From Paragordius varius (lineage: Eukaryota > Animalia > Nematomorpha), in contig OZ176052.1 in NCBI GenBank assembly GCA_964247055.1, positions 558,001 to 622,000 of the forward strand: a DNA stretch of 64,000 nucleotides, read 5' to 3'. The notes beneath the pieces are model-generated. The model ran no database searches, was not told where the DNA came from, and worked only from the letters and a program-made list of their open reading frames with translations. Both the position numbers and the translations under genes were made by a program. Positions 49,824 to 61,166 of this stretch are shown in pieces; position 1 is the first letter of the stretch, and every line of letters begins with the position of its first letter.

Positions 49824-50157
49824 CCATTTACACATAAAATTACCCTTGAACATTTCAAATTCACCTCATAGATTATGTGTTGAATATACCATTTGCACTT
49901 CAAGAGTGTCCTTAAACACTTCAAGTTGGTCCTTGAACATACTCTTAAGGTGCAATTGGTATATCAAAAATACCTATTTTTCTAGATTGTTTAATAAAAT
50001 ATATTTGAAATTAACATAATAGAAAAAAATGCCTACCGTAAAGCAATATTTTATATTATAATTATAAATGACTTAAATTAACTCAAAAAACATAAGGTGT
50101 ATAAATGTTCAGGGGTGAATATAAAATGTTTAAGGGTGAAGTTGAAATGTATATGGC
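49824..50157. mobile_element. Family-A variant in the CLK 3' region with a nested family-C element (49889-49962)
   Basis: atatg|ccatttacac..ccttgaacatttcaaattcacc ... gggtgaagttgaaatgtatatgg|catat; internal ta|ccatttgcacttcaag..gtgcaattgg|ta. Confidence 0.7.
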
Positions 50158-50514
50158 ATATTTATAATATACACTTTTACATGAGTATTTCTCCAATCGA
50201 TATAACGGCATCAATTATTATGAGCATTTAACAATAAAACTTGTGCTGCTTTTCTCAAAAATTCATTTCACTCAACTTTAGTAGATATATGCATTTGTGA
50301 CTCAAAATATAAATTATACACATTTGGAGACATCTTTTGTGAACATTTTTTACTTTATATACTTTATGTTTGACAAATAAATGATCAAATTAATATACAT
50401 TTATTTTAAACACACATTTTGACTATATATTTTGTAATAAAATAAGTGCTATATAAAAATATATTTCAACGGGTTTATGTTTAAGTATTGCAATAATAAA
50501 GTATAATGCAAATT

Positions 50515-52401
50515 TTAAGTTATGATACATTTTTCTTGTTTTTTGGGTAGATGAGGCGTTACGTGCGAAGAATTTTCTGCAATATCTGTACTGTTGCATT
50601 TAACATTGGCAACAGGAGAACTAGAATATAATGGTTGAATTTTCTCTTTGATTGGACTCGACGGTTCAACATGAGTATTCTGTTTGTTGCTTATAAAAAG
50701 GTCTTCTAGGAACTGTATACGCAACTTTGAAGATGCATTAAAATTAATTAAGGGGGACATCGACAAAGAATTACTCTTATTATTATTATTAATAGATTTT
50801 GAATTATCACCAACGCCATTTGCCTTATTAGCTTTGTTAGGAGTAGACAAAGGTGTTTGAGAATACTTATTTAAAGCTTTGTTAACTTTGTATTCTTGCA
50901 TTTGGAGGGCTACCTGAACTAAATCTGCTTGTCTGCGCCATTCATCAAGTAGGACTAAAAAGAGCTCATTATCCTGGTAAAGTGATGTAACTTCTTTTTT
51001 CAATGTCTCCATTTTAACCGGGTTGTTGAATTCATCAATCGCATTGGAGTATTGTTGTTTTTGTTGTATGGCATTCGTGATATGATTCATTTTTCGAAAT
51101 AAAACTTCTATGCAAAGATTATACTTGTACAAAGCATTCTTTAAAGCGTTTGTACTTGCGCTTGTTAAATTTGGGACTAATAGTTTAGCTGCATCAGACA
51201 GCATAATCGATGACATTATTTCCTTATCATGGCAAAAATGTTTTTGAAATAATGAAATGTCAAAATCATTAGAGTCGCTAGTTTTCTGTTGGGTGCATGT
51301 ATTATTTTGTTCCGTGTGAGGATATTTTATAGATGTTTCGGAAAGCTTGAGAGTATTTGCCTTTTCGAACAAATCGTCAATGAAATCTCGCATATGGTCT
51401 CTGCGTTCATTGCTTTTTTCCAAATGTAGGATTGAACTAAGAACATTCGCGGCATTTGCGTAATTCAAAACGGCTTCTGCCAAATCTTTTTTGCGTTCAG
51501 CCGCTGACCCGTTTTCCAAATAATATTCCGTGTTTATGAGCGCACTTTGAATAATTAATTTTTTCTGTAATTTGTTATCCAGTGAATTATAAGTGACGAA
51601 AGGGTGCATAAAAAACGAGGTAAACGAAATGCGAAATTTGGGATCTTTTTGTAACAATTTTAACAACAAATCCTTAAACCAATATGTAATGGGTTTTGTG
51701 GTAGGGATTAATATTGGTTGGGAAGAACAGATGTCTTTAATTAAACCATCAATACTTTTATTCAAATAGGGCGTGGCGCCATAATAACATTCATACAATA
51801 TTACGCCAATGGACCATAAATCAGCTTTAGCATCGTAATTTTTATGATTGAGTATTTCGGGGGCCATGTAAAGATATGTTCCACGAATGTTATTTACTAT
51901 GTTAGCTTCTAATAAGCATTTAGCCAATCCAAAATCTGCAATCTTTAGGATTAGTAACTCATTGTCAAAATATTTTACAAGTATATTGGATGGTTTTAAA
52001 TCGAAATGCGATATTTGCATAGAATTTAGATATTTATAGGCATTCATGATTTGATTAGCACAAAGTTGAATAAGATTTTCAGTAAGCGTTCCAAGTTTTT
52101 TCAAAAGTCCGGATAAATCTCCATATTCGCAAAGTTCGGTAATGATATAAATATATATAGAATTCCATTTAAAATCCATCATATGTATGATATTTGGATG
52201 TTTGATGCGTTTAAGTATGGAGATTTCGGTTATCAAATTTTCAGAATTGGATGATTTTAATTTATTCCGACATATACATTTAATGGCAAATTTTATATTG
52301 GTCGCCTCTTGTATGGCTAAATATACTTCTCCATATGATCCTGACCCAATCTTTTTTGCAAAGGAAAATCCTTGCAAAACAAGTGGTGCTTTCATTGACA
52401 T
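50515..52401 (-). CDS. ULK3: Serine/threonine kinase ULK3 (kinase plus two MIT-like domains), single exon, 628 aa
   Basis: Uninterrupted 628-codon ORF: IGSGSYGEV, FAIKCI, EISILKRIKHPNII, HFDLKPSN, KIADFGLA, RGTYLYMAPE, YDAKADLWSIGVILYEC.YG..PY, RISF..FF.HPF. MIT-like segments (SAAERKKDLAEAVLNYANA..ERRDHMR; AL.KYNLCIE.L..V.EW..QA). C-terminal CIIT. Confidence 0.93.
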   Translation of the reverse strand: MSMKAPLVLQGFSFAKKIGSGSYGEVYLAIQEATNIKFAIKCICRNKLKSSNSENLITEISILKRIKHPNIIHMMDFKWNSIYIYIITELCEYGDLSGLLKKLGTLTENLIQLCANQIMNAYKYLNSMQISHFDLKPSNILVKYFDNELLILKIADFGLAKCLLEANIVNNIRGTYLYMAPEILNHKNYDAKADLWSIGVILYECYYGATPYLNKSIDGLIKDICSSQPILIPTTKPITYWFKDLLLKLLQKDPKFRISFTSFFMHPFVTYNSLDNKLQKKLIIQSALINTEYYLENGSAAERKKDLAEAVLNYANAANVLSSILHLEKSNERRDHMRDFIDDLFEKANTLKLSETSIKYPHTEQNNTCTQQKTSDSNDFDISLFQKHFCHDKEIMSSIMLSDAAKLLVPNLTSASTNALKNALYKYNLCIEVLFRKMNHITNAIQQKQQYSNAIDEFNNPVKMETLKKEVTSLYQDNELFLVLLDEWRRQADLVQVALQMQEYKVNKALNKYSQTPLSTPNKANKANGVGDNSKSINNNNKSNSLSMSPLINFNASSKLRIQFLEDLFISNKQNTHVEPSSPIKEKIQPLYSSSPVANVKCNSTDIAENSSHVTPHLPKKQEKCIIT

Positions 52402-53405
52402 TTATTATAATTCTAAACAAACAGACGATCTCTTTTCGAATTCTAAATACATCATGAACCGACCGTACAACGGTTTAAAAAATGTTTTATTCCAATAAAT
52501 ATAAAAAAATCCTAAGCTAAATTAAGTCATAAAATATTTAAAATTGCTTAATACTTGATAATTATAGAAATTAACAACAAATTTATCAGACTCATGAGCA
52601 AGATTTTGCGCCTATTACTGTGTATATTATTTGAAGGAATCCTTATTTAATACTTTTCGCTCAATCAAAAATATTTTTTGCACAGTGTACCGTAGCCACT
52701 TTTAAAGAGTCTCAAAATTACTTATGTGCCTAATTATAATAAATTATTTAGTTTATGTGATTAATTGACTATTAATTTTTACTCATTGAAACGTTTGATA
52801 CACAATTCACAAAATTAAAGATTGTGATCAGCAGACAGAGCTGGGTAAGCATTTAATGGTTTATAATGTTCTTTTTTTATCCGATTGAAATCAATTGACT
52901 TACGGTATTTTTGGCAAGGTAACTATGTCTCGAGGCGTCTTTTGGGTTGTTTAAAAGTTGGCTATGAAAAATTTATAAATATGGCAAAATTCAATTAGTC
53001 AATCGCCTTAATATTTATTCAAATCCTTTGCTTCCCGAACAGAATATGCGTCATTCTCCCTAAAGTACTGCTAAAATCCAAGAATAGCAATATCTTTTTG
53101 GTACATGCTTTATCTCTAAACTGTTCATCAAGCTACTACCTAGAAAGCCAAAAACATTTCGTAAAAAACTTGACTATGATACTAATGATTCTTGATAACC
53201 TTAAAAATTGATAAAACATGAAAAGTAAATCAAATTCTTATCCCACAATCTGCCAAAATACAGCGGATGAATTATGCCATTCAAACCATATAAATATATA
53301 ACTATCAATAATTAATCTTGCCTTTAAAAAATGCAGATTAGCAAAAAACAAAAGAAATCGATGTGTTTTTAAAATTTAACAACAATTTTGAAAACATCAT
53401 AAGAA

Positions 53406-54033
53406 CGAAGCTATTGTCGGGGCATTCATTGATATTTTTATTTTTTTGATGTTTGGATTTGAATGGGTCTACCGGTTTTCCGGTACCAGATCACAAAGCC
53501 AGAATTTTCCATTGTTATAAATATATACATTACCATAAAAAATGTTTTATTATCCATATATTTTTTCTCCTTACTCAGCAGTTATCATCAAAGAAACGCT
53601 TGACTAAAATTTTTGCCTTTTAGCAGGGAATACGAAAAATCTTTATTGAATTTTTACACTCTCATACCTTGGTCAAAAAAATACGATTAAAAAATTATTT
53701 TTGTGTTGTTTTTTTGATAAAAATGGCATTTTACGGGGGTAGCAGGTAAAAAGAGGGCCTAAATCAAAAAAGTGAGTCGATTATGTTCGGCGCCATCAAA
53801 AATAAGTAAACTCATATTTGAAATTGAATGATCCAACACGTTCTCCGGAAAATTGACTTAACCCATTTTTCACAAGGGGTAGGCCCGAACTGGGGGCCTA
53901 TTTCAAAAAAGGGCGAAGCTATTGTCGGGGCATTCATTAAAGATTATATTTTTTCGATGTTTGGATTTGAATGGGTCTACCGGTTTTCTGGTACCAGATC
54001 ACAAAGCCAGCATTTTTCATTTTTATAAATATA
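53406..54033. repeat. Pair of about 120-bp direct repeats, 508 bp apart, flanking a GC-richer spacer
   Basis: cgaagctattgtcggggcattcatt..gatgtttggatttgaatgggtctaccggtttt(c/t)(c/t)ggtaccagatcacaaagccag at 53406 and 53914. Confidence 0.85.
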
Positions 54034-54034
54034 T

Positions 54035-56947
54035 AGATTTACGCTCTTTTCGTAAGTGCACCATATCAGAATATGGAAAAATGAAGACATTTTTTTAGAT
54101 AATATTTTTTGGCGAAAGGTAGAGTATTCATTCCGAAAATATCACTAAAATATATTTTAAACTATGTATAAATATCTAAACAATATTTTCAAAAAAATTA
54201 AATTATTAAGTCTATTATTTATATGTTTATTATATTACAGTGAGTCTTTAATTTATAATATTTATTAATAAAAATAAATAACATAATAAAAATAATTGGA
54301 TTTTTATAAAAATGCCAATATTATGGTAGTATAATATTAAAACATTTTTTAATATATATACGTTAATTTTATTAATTAAGTATAGGAAAAAAAAAATATT
54401 TAAATAAAAAGAAGATTGAGGTTGCAAAAATCATTTTTAACGCTTGCATCAAAAATGGTCATTAAAAATATAATGCTAAACAATGAAATATCACTCGATA
54501 ACTAAAAGCCGCTGTATAAAATGAATATCGAATTAATAAAAATATTTTTTCTTCTATTAGCCCATAATCGAAAAATACTATTATCCTCGGACATTTGGTT
54601 AACTAAAATTCGAATAAGAGGAATGTGTCAGTTTTTATAACTAATTTTTTTTAAAGAAAAACCTTATTAATTAGGGGTAAATATTATTTTAAAAACATTT
54701 TTGAAAAATTTACAATAGTTTGTAGTTCAAAGATTTTAAATTATTATATCCCTGTTCATTATCTAGTTTTACAAACGACTTAATTAAATAAAGAATTTTC
54801 ATGTGATTTGTATGACAGCGAAACTACCCTTTTGATAAAACTAAAATAAATATGTTTTTCTATGCATTTCGATGTAGGAAAAAACTTTTAATACTTCAGT
54901 TTTTTGATTTATTTGAAAAAGGCGGGAAAACTAATGAAATTTTTATATAAACATTCCAAATCAGAAACGTGAGACATAGATTTTTATAAATCAACTAGTA
55001 TAGATAATTACATAACTTATATCTTAGGGTTAGGTAATTACTTTCGATGTGTATATAAATTCCTTTCTTTATAAAAAGCTAAAATGTTACCGCTTTGGGG
55101 TTAAATTTATATATAATATGTATGTATAAAAATTAATAATTTTACCGCAGTTAATATACTTTAAATTTTAACAACAAAGAGCGGTTTCTCTTACTGATAC
55201 TTAAATGGCTACAGGGGTTTTTATGTTTGTTACGTAAGTGATTGAGATTTTCATTTTTATTAATAAAATTAATGATAAAATGATATTTCATGTCAGTGCT
55301 GTATTTTTTTACCACGATTCGAATAAAAAATATGTAACCAATATAAATCTCACAATAAATATATCCATTTAGCCATTTAAAATATCGAAATAAACAATTA
55401 CAGCTGCTTTCTTTACTGTATCATAATGACAGATTTATAAATAAAATTCAGTTGCAGGGTTTTCCATTTTGATAAAAATTTTTATACGAACTTAATTTTC
55501 GAATATGCGACTTTTTTAATTGGACAAATAGCAGAGACGATAAAGAAATTTTTTTATATTTTTTACGCTGTTTTAAATTTTAATATGCATTATACTAATG
55601 CTTTTATAAATATCGCATAACACAGAATTCTGAAACATCTTGTAAGCCCGTATTTTGATAATTTATATATAGACATGTGGTATAAAAAACGCCACCTGTT
55701 TATGGACAAGGTACAATAGATATTACTGATATAAATATTGCATTAAATTATTGTGCAAATTATTAACAATACCTTCTTTTAATATATTTCCAGCAAAACT
55801 ATATTAGATTTAATATATAAAAAATTAAAAAAAATAAAAAAATAATTTTTTTCGTTTTTGCCTCACTACACTACAATGTATAAAAAAGTATCCTGATGAA
55901 ATATATTTCTGATAGAATATTGTATTATGATTATCATGCTTTTGGTTTTGGCCCTTACGAGTGGGTTTAATAAAATATTTACACTATTATAGTAAGTTCT
56001 CCATATAAAAATGCATTGCGCACATTTTTTAGAAAAAATTTTGGTGAAGCTAAATGTTTCATGAAAAATATCACAACATATAATAAACAAAAATATAATT
56101 TAATTAATTTTTAGATGTTTCCTAAAGTCTCAAAAACGCTCTTGGCTAGTTTTAATTAAATAAAATTAAAAAATTTAAATACATGTTAATTTGCAACCAA
56201 AAATATCTAAAAAAGCAAGACTTTTTTCAAAAAATTTAATTTTTGGCAATTCATTTTTGAAGCGTGCTTCATACAATTTTGAGGGATCATGGAAACGGTA
56301 ACGTAAGATATGTTAGAAACACTTTTTTCTACATAGCTCGATGATGCTAAACTCTATCACCTCAGAAAAAATATTCTTTAAAAATATGTTAAATTTGTGT
56401 TTTTTTTCGAAAAACACCCAAATCTCAAAGTTAACGAACCTTTAAATATAAATTCTGAAATGTTCAGCATTATCGAATAATATAGAAAAAGTGTTTTTAT
56501 TATATCGTAAAGCGTTTTTAAACTGTTATTTTCATGCCTCAAAGTATAAAATACTCTTAAATAAAATTTATACTAAATTAAATTTTTGGAATTATGCATT
56601 TATAAAAATATTTTTAGTTGCTATCAAATATATATTAAAAATTTCCGGCATTGCGTTTATTTTACGAGAACTAGCCCATTTGAGAAGAGCGAGCAAATTT
56701 GGCAGATCTTCATCGAGATTATAATTTTATGAAAATATTGTTTTGTTTTTATATGTACTTTATAATATTTTATTTTTTGGGATTTTCAACTGAGAAAATA
56801 TTATATAAAAAATCGTCTGAAATTTTTCCATTTTCTGATCTGGAGCCATTACCACAAAAGCGTAAATAACTTTCCTATATCACTCGTTAGGGCCAAAACC
56901 AGAAGCTCATAATAATTCTGATACATTTTTCTATGAGATATATATTT
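54035..56947. mobile_element. Composite non-coding TIR element, family G copy 1 (about 2.9 kb; internal about 1-kb TIR module 55905-56947)
   Basis: Left end tttacgctcttttcgtaagtgcaccatatcagaatatggaaaaat is inverted at 56820-56866. An internal left-end copy (gcttttggttttggcccttacgagtg, about 55938) pairs with cactcgttagggccaaaaccagaagc (about 56880). No credible ORF. Confidence 0.7.
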
Positions 56948-57194
56948 ATCAGGTTTTTGTGGCTACTGTGTACAAAAAGATAACATATAGTTTAGGCAAT
57001 CAAATTATGTTAAAAAGTTGTTTGATGGATAATGGAGATACAAAAAGATTTTAATTATAAAATTCATATGTGCTTTGTAGATTTTTCCAAGGTCCATCCA
57101 ACATAATCATTTACTTCCATTCTTAAAACTAGTTAGGTTAAACTCATCTAACACTGCATATAAAATCCGGGGGTATAAAATAATAACCCGCTCA

Positions 57195-60160
57195 AAATAT
57201 ATATGTTCTGGTATGATGGTGCTTTTGGTTTGGCCCTTATGAGTGAATTAGAAAGTAATTTGCGCTTTTGTGGTAAGTGCTACATTTCAGAAAATGAAAA
57301 AATGCAGACATTTTTTTATAATAATATTTTTTGGTGAAGGGTAGTGGATTCATTCCGAAAATATCACTAAAATATAATATAAACTTTGTATAAAAGTAAA
57401 ACAATATTTTCAAAAAAGTTTGATTTTTAGATATGTCCATTATTTATGTTTTTCATAATAATATATAACATAATAAAAATAATTTGTTTTTTTTATAAAA
57501 ATGCCAATATTATGGTAGTATAATATTTAAATAATAAGTAAGTATAAGGAAAATAATATTTAAGTAAAAAAATCATTTTTAACGCTTTCAACAAAAATGG
57601 TCATCAAAAATATAATGCTAAACAATGAAATATTATTCGATAGCTAAAAGCCGCTGTATAAAATGAATATCGAAATAATAAAAATATATTATATTTTCCC
57701 ATACAAAAAATGGCATTATCCTCAGACATAACTAAATATTCGAAAAAGAAAAAAATGTGTCAGTAACTAAATTTCAAAGCAACACCCTATTAATTAGGGG
57801 TTAATATTATTTTAAAAACATTTTTGAAAGAATGACAAAAATTTAACTAATAAATTGTTGTTTGGGGTGAAATTTGAACCAAAAAAGCGTTCAAAGATTT
57901 TTAATTTACTATTATATCCCTGCATGTATTAATTAAATGGCGATTCAAAAATGACTTAAGCTATATATAAAAAAGGAATTTCAAGTAATTTGTATGACAG
58001 CGAAACTAGCCTTTTGATAAAAGTATAATAAATATATTTTTCTATGCATTTCGATGTAAAAAAACTTCTAACACTTCTATTTTTTGATTTATTTAGATCT
58101 AAAGGCGTTATATCTTGGGGTTAGGTGATTACTTTCACGTGTATATAAATTCCTTTATTTATAAAAAGCTAATGTTACCGATTTGGGGTTAAATTTATAT
58201 ATAATATATATGTATAAAAATTAATAATTTTACCGCAGTTAATATACTTCAAATTTTCACAACAAAGAACGGTTTCTATCACAATTTCTAAGAACGCTTT
58301 GCTAACAATGAATACCTTAATGATACTTTGCTTTTTTAGTATCACATTAACGATAGATATTATTGGCCCTTTTTGTATTTTAAATGGCTAAAGGGGTATT
58401 TATGTTTGTTGCGTAGGTAATTGAGATTTTCATATTTATTACTTGTCTTAAAATCAATTATAACATGATATTTCATGACAGTGCTGTATTTTTCACCGCA
58501 ATTTAAAATTAAAAAATATGTAACCAATAAAAATCTCACCTGGCAATAGAGATAAAAATTATTTCCATTTAGCCATTTAAAATATGGAAATAAACAATTA
58601 CAGCTGTTTTCTTTAATGTATCATAATGACACATGTTTAAATAAAATTGAGGTGCAGCGTTTTCCATTTTCATAAAAATTTTATTCGAACTTAATTCTCG
58701 AATATGCGACATTTTTAATTGGACAAATAGCAGAGACGATAAAGAATTTTTTTTATATTTTTTACGCTGTTTTAAAGTTTAATATGCATTATACTAATGC
58801 TTTTATAAATATCGCATAACACAGAATTCTGAAACATCTTGTAAGCCCGTATTTTAATAATTTGAATTGGAAGGTATTAATAAAAACGCCATCTGTTTAA
58901 GGACAAGGTACATTAGATATTACTTATATAAATATTACATTAAATTATTGTGCAATTTATTAACAATACCTTCTTTTAATATATTTCTAGCAATACTATA
59001 TTAGATTTAATATAATCATAACAATTAAAAAAAAATAGTATATAATTTTTTTCGTTTTTGCCTCACTACACCACAATGTACAAAAAAAGTATCCTGATGA
59101 AATATATTTTTGATAGAATATTGTATTATGATTATCATGCTTTTGGTTTTGGCCCTTACGAGTGGGTTTAAAAATATATATACACTATGATAGTATATTC
59201 TCTACATAAAAATGTAGAATATGCCCACATTTTTTAGAAAAATTTTTGGTTAAGCTAAATGTTTCATTCCAAAAAATATTACAAATACATATAATAAACA
59301 AAATACTATAATTAAAATAATTTTTAGATGTTTGCTCCTAAAGTCTCAAATTTTAACGCTCTAATTGGCTAGTTTTAATTAAATAAAATAAAAAAATATT
59401 TAAAAACATGTTAAATTTTGATAACCGAAAATATTTGAAAAGCACACTTTTTTCACAAAATTAATTTTTAGCATTTTGTTGAAGCGTAGTTCATAAAATT
59501 TTAAGGCATGATGGAAACGGTAACGTAAGATATGTTAAAAACACTCTAAATCTATATCCCGATGATGCTGAACATTCTAACACCCCAGAAATCAAAATAT
59601 GAGTTCATCTCCAAGTTAAATATTAATTTTGTTTTTTTAGAAAATCACCATCAAAGATAACAATAAAATTTTAAACAGCATTATTGAATAATATAGATAA
59701 AGTGTTTTCATAATATCTCATAGCGTTTAACTCATGCCTCAAAATAGTGTGAAGTACTCTTCAATAAAATTTTGCCATAAATATAATTTTAAGTAAAATA
59801 TCCATTTTTTCGGAAAAAACTTTTTTGATATCAATTAATATATAATAATTTTTATCGCCCAATTTCGGTCCTTTCGTCTTTATTTAAGTAGCTCATTTAA
59901 AGGGTCTAAAAATTTCGAATCCTATATTTAAAAATTAAAATTTCATAAAAATATTGTTTCGCTTTCATATGTATTTTATGAATATTTTATAGTGATATTT
60001 TTTGGAATGAAGCCTCTAGCAAATTTTATCGTCTGCAAATTTTGCCATTTTCTGATATGGAGTCGTTACTACAGAAATTATTATAACTATCTTATACTCG
60101 TGAGAGTCAAAACCAAAAGCACATAATAATCCTGATATATTTTTCTCTCAGAATATATAT
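57195..60160. mobile_element. Composite non-coding TIR element, family G copy 2 (direct repeat of copy 1, offset about 3.2 kb)
   Basis: Long near-identical blocks, e.g. ttggacaaatagcagagacgataaagaa..catcttgtaagcccgtatttt at about 55520 and 58720. Same internal TIR module at about 59100-60160, ending in (TA)n. Confidence 0.75.
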
Positions 60161-60530
60161 ATATATATATATATACATGTTTCATCAGTTAATTTTTTTG
60201 TGATATACAAAGATTCATATAGTTTTGGCAAACAATTTAAGTTATAAAGTTTTTAATTTAATTTAAAATTGAAAGCAGGTTTGATTATATAAAAATCAAA
60301 ATCTATTTTGGACAAAAAAAGCCAAAAAGCTGAGGTTGACCATAACTTAATATTTGAAAAGTGTAGTTTTTTAGGTTTGTAGGCCGTTTTTGAATTCTCG
60401 TGAATGCTCTTAAATAGGCCCGATATCTCACGTTAACGGTAAAAATTTACTGCGGTTACAAACGCAAAAGGCAGTTTTTTTGCAGTAAAAAAAATTGATT
60501 TTCGTTATATGAAGTCAATCTTATAAACTA

Positions 60531-60810
60531 CAGTAAAGATTTAAATTATACGGACAAAATGTAAAAATATAAAGACCCATAATTTCTAAAAGACAACCAT
60601 TATTTTTGAAACCTGGTTTTTTCTAACCATAAATTATTGTTTTGTATAGCAAAGTATGAATTTGATATGGATGTTGGTAATACAACAAATATATATTTTA
60701 CAATTGTAATATAATTTATAGGGGATAAATTAGGGTTTAAAAAAGTGTGGTTGTCTTTTGAAAAATATTTGTCTCTATATTTTTACGTTTTGTCCGTATA
60801 AGTTTTAATA
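60531..60810. mobile_element. MITE family B
   Basis: ta|cagtaaagatttaaattatacggacaaaatg ... cgttttgtccgtata; right end degenerate. Confidence 0.75.
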
Positions 60811-61166
60811 TAACACCGTTAAATAATTGGCCAATTTATTAATTAAAGTATTGCAGTTTTTGGTCAGGGAATTTATTGAAAAAACATTTTATTATTTGAA
60901 ACATTATTTTTTACATAGGTCACGCTTTTTAAATTATTCTAATTAATATATAAACAGCGCTATTCTAAAAATTATAAATGTATATTTAACTTTTGTAATA
61001 TTTTCAGTCTATTTTAAAACGTATATTTGTTTGCCATTCAAATAAAGCATCAATTGCTTGGATTATAATACTATAAAGTGGGTTAATATTTCATAAATTT
61101 TATACAGCCGAAAATGAAAACTATTTAAACTTTTTCTCAACCATTCCTGTAACGTTTCCAAAGGTG

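Noticed and set aside
50515-52401. Non-standard genetic code
   Set aside because: All gene models translate with the standard code without in-frame stops, and they end in TAA or TGA.
52187-52498. Plus-strand 103-aa ORF, and other shadow ORFs (1683-1949, 4844-5065, 34465-34662, 63165-63389, 50-277)
   Set aside because: They are antisense shadows of real coding exons or of the LINE, with no recognisable motifs.
52990-53300. ATG-less open frame of about 65 codons and a 27-codon ORF upstream of ULK3
   Set aside because: No recognisable motif and no consistent splice sites.
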